From the NCBI GenBank assembly GCA_030693205.1, contig JAUYBG010000006.1, positions 68,015 to 132,014 on the forward strand: a stretch of 64,000 bases of DNA. Reading direction: 5' to 3'. Below, piece after piece: positions 30,407-39,279 of this stretch (the first letter of the stretch is position 1; the number at the start of each line of letters is the position of its first letter). The DNA comes from a bacterium (GTDB lineage Bacteria > Patescibacteriota > Minisyncoccia > JAHIHE01). The position numbers were made by a program, and so were the translations under genes. The notes under the pieces were generated by a model, which had not been told where the DNA came from, did no database searches, and saw only the letters and a list, made by a program, of their open reading frames with translations.

Positions 30407-31747
30407 TTATTCAAAGTTTAATTTTACTAATCCCTTATTTATTTTTTCCACAAGTTCACGCCTGCAATATGGTTCTAATAGACTACCTATTGTTACATAG
30501 GCATCAAACCGACATCCTCCGCCACAAATAGGAACGAACGGGCAATCTTCTGAAAGACATTTATCCAGATAGCTAAAATCCATAAATTTTGCATCATCGG
30601 TATTAGCCGTTGAATCTATGTTTCCAAAAGAAAATCCATCTCTTCCTACTGTGCTTATGCATTTAAGCAATGCTCCGTCTGGCTCTATTGTAGCCGAATT
30701 TATAGCTCTCGCGGTACACCAAGGACCGACTAAATATTCTTGAGGAATTACAAATCCTCTTTTCTTTGCTTCCTTGCAAAGCCACAGATATTTATCAGCG
30801 CTCTCGCTAAAACTTAATCCAAATTCATTAAGGTAAGAGTCCGGCGCTCGCTTGCCCATATCTCCGCAAATAGTTGGAGCCACTATACCAAAAGAGAATT
30901 CTATTTTATCCTGCAGTTTATTTTCTGCCAAAAAATCAAACAGCTGCGGTATTAAATCAACATTCTGCCGGTCAAAATTGACTCTAAGGTGAATTTTTTT
31001 AACAAAACCTTGATTTATAGAACTCAAGATATTTTTTGAAATTTTATCAAATGTACCCTTGCCGTCTTTTCTGAACCTTCTTAAGTCGTGTACTTTTCCG
31101 TATCCATCAAGAGTTATCTGAACTCTATCAAGGTTGCATCCGTTTAAGAAAGAGGCAATTTCTTTATCAAAAAATTCACCATTTGTCATTATGCCGAGTT
31201 CAAGTGCTAAGTTTTTTTGCTTGGCTATCGTGTGCAGTTTTGGCAAAATAAATCTGATTGTCTTTTTATTCAATAACGGCTCGCCCCCGTACAGAACTAC
31301 TCTTAGCTTATTGCAACCAGCATGGTTACCTAGATAAGCATCACACCAATTCACTATTTCATCGGCTATTTGAATTGACATTGATTTATGTTTTTCTATT
31401 CCTCTCTCGAAACAGTAAGGGCAGGCCAGCTGGCAATTTCTAGTAAGGACAAGATATATTCCGAAAGTTTTATCATCCAATCTGGCCTTATGGAATAGCT
31501 CTTTGTATTTTAGCTTTTCGTTTAATTCCGCAGGAACGAGCATTTCCATTTTTACGAGCTCATTTATGTAATCGCCTAAATACGAACCAGTAATATTAGA
31601 TTGTCCATTGTTTGTAATTTCATCGATTTCTCTTTTTAGCCGTCCGGTTAATCTTACTGTGCTTGTAGTCAGCGTATTTCTAGCGATGATTTTATCGCTG
31701 TTTTCATATTCAATCCAAAACACAAATCGAGACCATTTCAGTTTCAC
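30407..31747 (-). CDS. radical SAM/SPASM peptide maturase, cassette C
   Basis: CQLACPYCF, LYGGEPL, WCTAR...LKC, C....C.....CGGGC; start reassigned to GTG 31747 (SD GAGGTGA). Confidence 0.88.
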   Translation of the reverse strand: MKLKWSRFVFWIEYENSDKIIARNTLTTSTVRLTGRLKREIDEITNNGQSNITGSYLGDYINELVKMEMLVPAELNEKLKYKELFHKARLDDKTFGIYLVLTRNCQLACPYCFERGIEKHKSMSIQIADEIVNWCDAYLGNHAGCNKLRVVLYGGEPLLNKKTIRFILPKLHTIAKQKNLALELGIMTNGEFFDKEIASFLNGCNLDRVQITLDGYGKVHDLRRFRKDGKGTFDKISKNILSSINQGFVKKIHLRVNFDRQNVDLIPQLFDFLAENKLQDKIEFSFGIVAPTICGDMGKRAPDSYLNEFGLSFSESADKYLWLCKEAKKRGFVIPQEYLVGPWCTARAINSATIEPDGALLKCISTVGRDGFSFGNIDSTANTDDAKFMDFSYLDKCLSEDCPFVPICGGGCRFDAYVTIGSLLEPYCRRELVEKINKGLVKLNFE

Positions 31748-31817
31748 ATCGTTCACCTCTTTGTCATTGATATATTTTTGGGGAAGTTTTATTAAACCTC
31801 CCCCTTTGCTTATGCGG

Positions 31818-31916
31818 TTAATAACCGCAGCCATCTTTACCCATATCGCCGGTACGGGTTCCGGAATCAGTGCCTTTTTGGAGCACTTCAAAATCTTGGT
31901 TGCCGTCATTGCTCAT
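31818..31916 (-). CDS. 32-aa putative RiPP precursor C (not in ORF track)
   Basis: MSNDGNQDFEVLQKGTDSGTRTGDMGKDGCGY; SD GAGGAGGTGA. Confidence 0.82.
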   Translation of the reverse strand: MSNDGNQDFEVLQKGTDSGTRTGDMGKDGCGY

Positions 31917-31917
31917 T

Positions 31918-32018
31918 TTTTCACCTCCTCAAATTTTAAAAGAACTCATCTGACTAAATAGCTTCTATTTGGTCATCCTTCCTTACAATAACCTTAACAA
32001 ATCTCAATAATTTGTCAA
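31918..32018 (-). promoter_or_regulatory. shared RiPP promoter/leader, copy C
   Basis: TTGACA(32018-32013)-16-TAAGGT; hairpin tgactaaatag/ctatttggtca with one compensatory pair change. Confidence 0.85.
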
Positions 32019-32064
32019 TCTTTAGCTTTAATGTACAAGTTATAGATTTTGCAAGTTTTATCCC

Positions 32065-34050
32065 CTATCTTCCCTGCCGCACCGGCAAAGACACGATAAA
32101 AGTCGAACCTTTGCCTTCCCCCTCCGAGATTACTTTGATTTTTCCGTGATGCTTAGCTATGATCTGCTTGGCGATAAAAAGTCCCAGGCCGGAACCGTTC
32201 GGATTGATATAATTGGATTTTTTCCCGCGGGAAAATTTCTGAAAAAGAATTTTTTTATCATCCCCGCTCAAGCCTATGCCCGTATCAGTAAAATAAATAT
32301 TCACGTTATCTTTCTCCCGCTTAACTTCAATAATCAATCCGCCTTTTTCGGTATATTTTTCTGCGTTATCTATTAAGTTCATAAAAACATTGTGAAGAAG
32401 CTTTTCGTCAGCTTCGATCTTCGGAATCTTCTGGGAAGATCTTTTGTATTTCAAATATAAATTCTTTTTTTTGAAATTAAGATTAAGCATTTCGATATTT
32501 TCCTGAAGCATCTTCCGTATATCAATTGGCTGAAAATTCAATTTTAACTCCCCTTCGCTTTCCGTCGCTGTCACCATATCGTTGACGATATTGTTAAGAC
32601 GCTCTGTATTATCCACGATTCTCGCTTTTACTTCCAACTTTTTTTCCGGAGTAGCTTTGTCAAAATCCTTGGCATTCCACATTGAAATAAATCCCCGCAT
32701 TACAGTCAAGGGAGTCCTAAGCTGGTGAGAGACGATATGTAAAAAATCACTCTTCACATCCAATGCGTTTTTAAGCTTGTCTTTGGCTATAGTAAGCTCT
32801 TCGATATTTTTATTCAAATTTTGATAAAATTGAAGGTTATCCATAACTACGCTTACATGCTGGGTAAAAGCATTGATTAGATCTAAATCTCTCGGGCTGA
32901 CTTCCGTAATTTCTTTGGTAAAAATAAAAATCAAAGCTCCTTTTTTCTCGCCTCTGATTGTCATTGGAACCGATGCGAATGTTTTTCCGCCAAGTTTCTC
33001 TTGTATCAATAGGGACGTGGGCTTATCCAACGGCGGACAAATAAAATCCGCTATGTTCGACCCTTTTTCAATTTCGTTATTGAGAATACTTTTGATAACC
33101 AGACCGCAATTTTTAGAATTTTTGCTATCAACAATCAAGCTGTAATCGCTTAATTCAGGCTTAGATAATAAACACCTTGCTTGCCTCATTTTATCTGATT
33201 CTGTGGTAATATAAGCGCAAGCTTTTCCACTATCTTCATCGTAGCGAATTAAAAATGTTCCCATAATACCAAGATGCCCGAGTTTTGCCGGCACAGCATC
33301 CATAATATTCTGCACGCTTTTTTCAATTTCCACTCCCAAAGAAACCATTTTGTTTAAAGACAGAAGGGATTCCAAATCCTGCGTTTTTTCCTCAAGATTT
33401 TTTAATTGATTTCTAATTTGTTCGTATTGACGAATATTATTGATTGCAATAGCCACTTGATCAGAAAAAGTTTTAAGCATTTCCTGCTCTTCTTGAGAAA
33501 ATTCTTTTCTGGTTGAGGTAAAGAATACTACTCCCAAAATTTTGTCTAAAAATATAACAGGAAGAGAAATACAAAGATTCATGCCCATAAATTTCTGCAT
33601 AGTATCAGCCAATGATGCATTTACAGCGGGACTGATAAATTCACTCATATGTGCCCCTACATGAATTTTTCTTGTAAGGTAAGTTTGTACGGTTAAATTA
33701 TCATCAAGATTTAATGGGTAAGTGTGTTCTTTGAATGGCTTATTCAGCCATCCGACAACTTTTTGGCCTAAATATGATTGCGTATAAGACCAAGGTATAA
33801 GTTGCTTATTAATTTCGTCAGGTAAAAACAACACTCCTCCTATGAAATCCATCTCTTCAACCATAACGTTCACCATCTTTTGGGTCAATGCTTCATAATC
33901 TTTGATAGTAACAAGCATAGAGAATATTTTCTGCAAAGTCTTGTAGCGCATCTCTTTTGAGGTTGGTTTTTCTACAAGTCTACCTTTAAATCTATCGGTA
34001 TCAATGTTTGGGAAGATAAGCTTTCTTATTATACCTTGGATTAAGTTCAT
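32065..34050 (-). CDS. soluble GAF-GAF sensor histidine kinase
   Basis: SHQLRTPL H-box, NLIDNAEKYT, DTGIG, GSGLGL; two GAF-like repeats; no clear TM. Confidence 0.92.
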   Translation of the reverse strand: MNLIQGIIRKLIFPNIDTDRFKGRLVEKPTSKEMRYKTLQKIFSMLVTIKDYEALTQKMVNVMVEEMDFIGGVLFLPDEINKQLIPWSYTQSYLGQKVVGWLNKPFKEHTYPLNLDDNLTVQTYLTRKIHVGAHMSEFISPAVNASLADTMQKFMGMNLCISLPVIFLDKILGVVFFTSTRKEFSQEEQEMLKTFSDQVAIAINNIRQYEQIRNQLKNLEEKTQDLESLLSLNKMVSLGVEIEKSVQNIMDAVPAKLGHLGIMGTFLIRYDEDSGKACAYITTESDKMRQARCLLSKPELSDYSLIVDSKNSKNCGLVIKSILNNEIEKGSNIADFICPPLDKPTSLLIQEKLGGKTFASVPMTIRGEKKGALIFIFTKEITEVSPRDLDLINAFTQHVSVVMDNLQFYQNLNKNIEELTIAKDKLKNALDVKSDFLHIVSHQLRTPLTVMRGFISMWNAKDFDKATPEKKLEVKARIVDNTERLNNIVNDMVTATESEGELKLNFQPIDIRKMLQENIEMLNLNFKKKNLYLKYKRSSQKIPKIEADEKLLHNVFMNLIDNAEKYTEKGGLIIEVKREKDNVNIYFTDTGIGLSGDDKKILFQKFSRGKKSNYINPNGSGLGLFIAKQIIAKHHGKIKVISEGEGKGSTFIVSLPVRQGR

Positions 34051-35000
34051 TTGTTTTTTAGGTTATCGGCTAAATCTTGATAAGCAGTTAAAATTTCCAG
34101 AGGAAAAACAGGAGAGAATACTTCTATCAAAATTTTAAGCTGAGCCCTTCTGAGATTCCCTAAATTATCTTTATAGTTTGGAAGGTGTTTTTTTGCGAGC
34201 TTTAACATATTTTTCATTTCTGTTAATTCAGGCAACTTTTGAGTATAAAAATTAAGCTCGCCTTTTTCTTGTTCTTCCTTCCAATCATGCAAATAAATTG
34301 CCGGAGCATAAGCAATTGACCATAATTCTGCTAATGTTAAATTTTCAGTAGGCTCAACGGAGAAAAAAAATTCTTGTATAGTTTTGGTAGTCATCCAATA
34401 AGGAATATCTCTGAGTTTTAAAATGTCACCAGCAACCTCTTTATCTACATACTCTACCCCAAGTTTTTTATACTCGGAAAGATAACTGTGTTGTTCGTTC
34501 TCTGTCCCTGCAAGTTGAATTAAACCTCCATACATTAATCTTTTAAGACCATTATTAAAACCTGTCACATTTTTGATTCTAGAAGCCGCTATTATATCAA
34601 CAAATTCACCTAAACCCTTCACCGAATTAACTAAAGAACGAATATCATTTCGTTTTTCTTTCATTTGCTGAGGAGTTGGAGGAAAATCAGATCTATCAAA
34701 AAAATCATCAATAAAATGTGTAGCAAACGCCAGATACGCCTTCTTACACATCTCTTCCTTGTCGTTAGAAGGAATAGCCATAATAAATGCTTGTATTTTC
34801 GAATCATTAAATCCGTGAACCGAACTTGTATGAAAAAAATCATTGAATCCAATTAATGCAACATCTCGTTTAAATTGCATTTCAGCTTTATTTACTGCTC
34901 TCATTATTTGATTCGATTCTTTCACTCTAGAGAAAAGCTTTTGTAATTTATCTATGTGTGATATTTCTATACCTTTACGAAACCCAATCATAGACTCCAT
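34047..35000 (-). CDS. class I isoprenoid/terpene synthase-fold-like protein
   Basis: HFIDDFFD (DDxxD) and YLHDWKEE second acidic motif; ATGA overlap with the kinase. Confidence 0.55.
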   Translation of the reverse strand: MESMIGFRKGIEISHIDKLQKLFSRVKESNQIMRAVNKAEMQFKRDVALIGFNDFFHTSSVHGFNDSKIQAFIMAIPSNDKEEMCKKAYLAFATHFIDDFFDRSDFPPTPQQMKEKRNDIRSLVNSVKGLGEFVDIIAASRIKNVTGFNNGLKRLMYGGLIQLAGTENEQHSYLSEYKKLGVEYVDKEVAGDILKLRDIPYWMTTKTIQEFFFSVEPTENLTLAELWSIAYAPAIYLHDWKEEQEKGELNFYTQKLPELTEMKNMLKLAKKHLPNYKDNLGNLRRAQLKILIEVFSPVFPLEILTAYQDLADNLKNK

Positions 35001-35087
35001 AATATATAAAGGTCTATATTACTTTAGTAACTGACATTTGCTAGAATAGATTGTCTAGAAAATGAAAGACAAGTAATACACCTTTTT

Positions 35088-35303
35088 CTAAATAAACCCA
35101 CCTTGTTTTCCCACTTTCTCATACTCCTTCACCCATTTTTGCAACTCCGCCGGCAATTTCACGTTTTTAACTTCCTCAATTTCTTTTTCGATCCTCTTTG
35201 GGGTCAATTCTCTTAATATTCCGCAAACTACCGGATATTTTCTCTGCTCCGCCTTGGTAAAACCGTAATAATTAAGAAGCGATTGTGTTTTTTCTTTAGC
35301 CAT
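35088..35303 (-). CDS. 71-aa [13 protein letters not shown]..., probably a truncated gene
   Basis: ATG 35303; decayed paralog at 37305-37447. Confidence 0.55.
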   Translation of the reverse strand: MAKEKTQSLLNYYGFTKAEQRKYPVVCGILRELTPKRIEKEIEEVKNVKLPAELQKWVKEYEKVGKQGGFI

Positions 35304-35389
35304 TTTAAAAAAATTATTAATTAAGTTCTCTTTTTCCTCCCTTGGTAAGCCGTAGCCTTGGCGCAAGGTGACTATCCTGCAAATTTTAA

Positions 35390-35728
35390 TTATTTTTCCT
35401 GCTTCTTTTTTATAACTAAATCTTTACCGTGATACAGTGCCAATATAAGCAGATAGAAAAATGCCGCGTCAAGAATAAAATACTGCCAGTTAAATTCTTT
35501 TGTACTGCCCTGTCCATAAGGACCTCTTAAAAAACCGCACGAAACTTTCCATGGCATAGGCGGATCCAACAAACTATCATCGTGTACAACAAATTTTAGC
35601 GGCCAGCCGCACGAAAGATTTTTTAAATCCGAGTGCTTAGTTACCTCAACTTTTGGATAGGTAGATACTAATGCAACTATAAAAGAAAGCGCGATAAAGA
35701 AAACTTGGACAAATATTTTTTTTCGCAT
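35390..35728 (-). CDS. small two-TM membrane protein
   Basis: TM-GWPLKFV-TM; follows the secreted protein by 14 bp. Confidence 0.7.
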   Translation of the reverse strand: MRKKIFVQVFFIALSFIVALVSTYPKVEVTKHSDLKNLSCGWPLKFVVHDDSLLDPPMPWKVSCGFLRGPYGQGSTKEFNWQYFILDAAFFYLLILALYHGKDLVIKKKQEK

Positions 35729-35742
35729 ATAGGTTTATATTA

Positions 35743-37185
35743 TCAATACGTTATTCCGCATGCTTCGTTTGAGTATGCAGAACCGCCAATGTTATTTGTT
35801 GCTTTTAGGCGGTAGCAGTATTGAGTCATCGACGAAAGAGAAGAATTTATCCAATACCATTTCCCTGCTCCGGGCAAAAGTTCATCATATGCTCCGACAA
35901 GAGCCCCAAAACTGCCAAGAGATACCCAACTTCCACCTGTGCCAGTTTTTCTTTCTATCCAAATATTGGTTTCGTCATATGTATTATCGGTAAAATTCAC
36001 TTGCAAACTAGTCGCTGTTGGATTTGTAACCGATACATTACTTGGTGCATCAGGCACTTGACCATTATATGTCCATGATTGTGTTCCCGGCACAGCGGTA
36101 CTCCACGCGGGAATTAGAGTATAAATTTTATATTTCGCACTGCACCAAGTTGTGTAACAAAAACTTGGACTACGATACCCGACCTGCCCTTGAAGCTTAA
36201 ACTTGTCAGACGCATCATTTCCGTCAGCAGTACGAATATATGTGTAATAATTTGTATTTGCTTGCAAGGCATCTGCTTGAGCAGCTCCTATTGTATAAGA
36301 TAACTCATCAATTTCACAACCAATTCCTTTTGTTGGTTCCATAAATCTGGTATCAATATATGGTTTAGATGCTGCTGGCCAACTAGTAGCTGCATAAGTT
36401 GTTGTCGGGTAACACCCGGGATATGATGTGCTATTCCCGTCTAAATATGTTTTTCTGTCGTAATTATAAAGAATAATTTTATGCTCATAAGTCTGGTCGG
36501 AAGCAAAATTTATTGTATTCCATATCATATTTTGTTGCGTGTATCTTCCACCATAGGAAGAAGGATAGAAATATGAAGTACCAGAGGTTGGGAGTGACAG
36601 GTACATCGGTGTTGTCGTTAATGCTGCGGTACTTATAGTTTCACTACCTGAAAGGTACGCTTCTTTTGGAGCAGTTTTCCCGCGAGTTTGCAGAGCAATA
36701 TCATGCTGATTATTTTTGACATTGATCTTGTCTACTACAAGACCTTTTTTAATTTGATCGATACTGCTGTTCTCGCCTGTTACCGTGATTTTCGTTATTA
36801 AAATATTTTCGATATTACCAGAACTGCCGGACGATAACTGGTTAATACCTTTAACATCAGCAAGGAATGCTTTGCGGTTTTTTATATAATCTTCTTTGAT
36901 GTTTTTTTTGTTTTTAGGATCAACCACGTAAAAATCATGAACGGCTTCGTTATTAACCGTAAAGTTGCTTTCTAATATTATTTCATCAAAGAAAGTATTG
37001 TTTCCTCCTGCAAAAAGCGCATCTAGCGCAATAGGATTTTTAAGTTCAATTTGAACAGTTGAGGTGTTGTTTTTAAGCAAACCTGCATCTCCCGCTTTTG
37101 CCTGCGTTAGTTGTGAATAGTCGAAGCCGGACGCAAGCGCAGTTATTGCAAGCGCAAACACTATGACATAGTAGATATTTTTCAT
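35743..37185 (-). CDS. secreted protein with C-terminal fibronectin type III domain
   Basis: signal peptide; PDAPSNVSV...YCYRLKATNNIGGSAYSN. Confidence 0.75.
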   Translation of the reverse strand: MKNIYYVIVFALAITALASGFDYSQLTQAKAGDAGLLKNNTSTVQIELKNPIALDALFAGGNNTFFDEIILESNFTVNNEAVHDFYVVDPKNKKNIKEDYIKNRKAFLADVKGINQLSSGSSGNIENILITKITVTGENSSIDQIKKGLVVDKINVKNNQHDIALQTRGKTAPKEAYLSGSETISTAALTTTPMYLSLPTSGTSYFYPSSYGGRYTQQNMIWNTINFASDQTYEHKIILYNYDRKTYLDGNSTSYPGCYPTTTYAATSWPAASKPYIDTRFMEPTKGIGCEIDELSYTIGAAQADALQANTNYYTYIRTADGNDASDKFKLQGQVGYRSPSFCYTTWCSAKYKIYTLIPAWSTAVPGTQSWTYNGQVPDAPSNVSVTNPTATSLQVNFTDNTYDETNIWIERKTGTGGSWVSLGSFGALVGAYDELLPGAGKWYWINSSLSSMTQYCYRLKATNNIGGSAYSNEACGITY

Positions 37186-37304
37186 AAATGTGAATATTTT
37201 TAATTAATAAAAAACTTTAGTTTTGATCATATCCTAAAATAAACCCTGATGACATACGGTTAATTTTACAACATATTTTTTATTTCAGTTAAAAACTTTA
37301 ATTT

Positions 37305-37447
37305 TAATTTTTAACTTCCTCGATTTATTTTTCAATCCTTCCCGGAATTAATTCCCCCAGAATTCCCGCCACCACCGGATATTTTTTCTGCTCCATTGCT
37401 GTAAAACCATAATAACCGAGAAGCGATTCTGTTTTTTCTTTAGCCAT
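37305..37447 (-). pseudogene. nonsense-interrupted copy of the 35088-35303 ORF 5' part
   Basis: MAKEKTESLLGYYGFTAMEQKKYPVVAGILGELIPGRIEK*IEEVKN*. Confidence 0.8.
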
Positions 37448-37775
37448 TTTAAAAAAAATATTAATTAAACTTTTTTCTCATTTTTAATTTCCTTTTCTCG
37501 AACTTCTTTATTAACTTTATCAACATTCTGTAAAATTTTATCGTCCATTATAAATTTTTTACAAATTAATCCTTTGATTTTCATTTTTTAGATTATACCA
37601 TATTTTGCCAAAATAAACAAAATACCCGTATAACATTAACCAAAAACGGGAATATAGAATGAATTTATACGGAAATAAAAAACTCCAAGAGCAATTCCTG
37701 GATTTTTTATAAATTTAACAATTGTGAGCGATAAAAAAACAGGCGAATCTTTACCTGTTTTTTATTTTATTATTT

Positions 37776-38426
37776 TTATTTTTGCGAATCTAAAATTTGT
37801 TTTATTAATCTTGATTCTGTCGCTTCTAATCCCGATTGTTCATTCTCTGTCTCTATCACGACATCTCTTAATTGTTGTTTTTCAATTTTCCATTCCCCAT
37901 TAACATTTTTGAAAATAAAAACCTGAAGTATGATTCCTGGCCACCCGTCAAGTTCTTGACTAAAACTAAAATCAACAAGACTTATTATTCCAATTCTATC
38001 AAACAAATTTTTATAGATTCTTGGTAAACTAAATTTTAATGTTCCAATTGTATCGTTTACTTCTAACGGATAACGAGTAATTAGCCTCTTTGACTCTTCT
38101 TTATGCGCCTCAAATACTCCTGGTAAATATAAGTTTTTAACTTTCTCTAAGCTTTCTTCTTTTTTAGTAGAATTATATTCTTCTTGCGCTTTAATAATTT
38201 TTTCTATAATTCCATTAAACTTTTTGATTTCTTCTTCCGATATTTTAGCAGTTTCAATACCTAAGCTTTTATTATGTTTTTCTGAAGTATTAAAAACCTT
38301 AACACCAAGTATTGGTTCAAGCAATCCATAAGTATCCGAAGAAGTTTGAAGTTGTACAACAAAAAACATTAAAACGCCTACAACAAGCGCTATTCCTATA
38401 ATAATTGTAATAAGTTTTTTATTCAT
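37776..38426 (-). CDS. membrane-anchored hypothetical protein (NTF2-like C-terminus)
   Basis: N-terminal TM; FIFKNVNGEWKI. Confidence 0.65.
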   Translation of the reverse strand: MNKKLITIIIGIALVVGVLMFFVVQLQTSSDTYGLLEPILGVKVFNTSEKHNKSLGIETAKISEEEIKKFNGIIEKIIKAQEEYNSTKKEESLEKVKNLYLPGVFEAHKEESKRLITRYPLEVNDTIGTLKFSLPRIYKNLFDRIGIISLVDFSFSQELDGWPGIILQVFIFKNVNGEWKIEKQQLRDVVIETENEQSGLEATESRLIKQILDSQK

Positions 38427-38540
38427 AGTATTTTTTTAATTTTTATAATTTAAGTTTATCCTATAAATGGTAAAAAGTAAATCTTTAGAAGATAATACGA
38501 TGATTATCCCCTAAAGATTGTTTAATCGCTTGCTCTTTGT

Positions 38541-38960
38541 TTAATCGAACAGGTAAAAGATCGGCTCCATCTTTTTATCCATTTCGATATCCATCGGATC
38601 GGCTATTTCCCATGTCCAGCGCCACGATCCGCTTCTTGGAACCAAAACATTGGGCGCCATTCTTATTGCTGCATGGCCCCTAATTTCTGCCATTATCGAA
38701 TTCTTGTCCCTGACAATGGTCATTCCTTGCTGTTTTGCTACTTGCAGAACTACATCTGCTGCATATTGTGGGAAATAATACATTTGCCATGCATCAGAGT
38801 AGGTATAGGAACATAATTGTATAACTTGTGTTCCTGAGCCCCAGCCATTGCAAGGATTACTTGCACTTCTTGGACCGATTGAATATGCTGATGCATTTGG
38901 TATCATGGCAAACATTGCCACTATCAGCAGTGCGATGACTGCTAAACTCATTTTCTTCAT
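38541..38960 (-). CDS. small secreted protein of unknown function
   Basis: signal peptide ending NASA; leader GTGATCAGAAATG. Confidence 0.7.
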   Translation of the reverse strand: MKKMSLAVIALLIVAMFAMIPNASAYSIGPRSASNPCNGWGSGTQVIQLCSYTYSDAWQMYYFPQYAADVVLQVAKQQGMTIVRDKNSIMAEIRGHAAIRMAPNVLVPRSGSWRWTWEIADPMDIEMDKKMEPIFYLFD

Positions 38961-39279
38961 TTCTGATCACTTCTTGATTTATTTTCGTTTTTCGTTTTTC
39001 TGCTTTTAATTTCCCCAGTCTTCTTTGCGCTTTTTGCGCGTTTTTTTTGTTTTAGAGAGCTACATTTTGTTTGCCTCCAATACCACTAATACTAACAAAA
39101 AAAGCCGTTCTGTCAAACGCTTTTTGGGGGATAAATAATTAATAAAAAAATGGGCGGTATATCAATAATATAATTGCTCGCTCGGAAAAAGCGGCAAATA
39201 AAAATTTGACCGACGACGATTTAAATGATAAACTGGAATTACTAAATAAATAAATTTTATAAAATATAGTAATAAATTT

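Noticed and set aside
31748-31909. 54-aa N-terminal extension of the rSAM ORF in the ORF track
   Set aside because: The strong SD is spaced for the precursor ATG at 31916 in another frame, and a separate SD precedes GTG 31747
22597-32018. Hairpin repeats as a CRISPR array or integron attC sites
   Set aside because: Spacing is kilobases with no cas genes. The repeats sit 5' of genes within a promoter-to-SD interval and lack attC RYYYAAC/GTTRRRY ends, and no integron integrase is present.
26024-32246. Kinase-tail repeats as diversity-generating retroelement TR/VR pairs
   Set aside because: Mismatches are not adenine-specific and are mostly synonymous; no reverse transcriptase is in the window
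37720-37733. lac-operator-like AATTGTGAGCG
   Set aside because: 11-bp half match, no vector sequence or LacI gene nearby; likely chance
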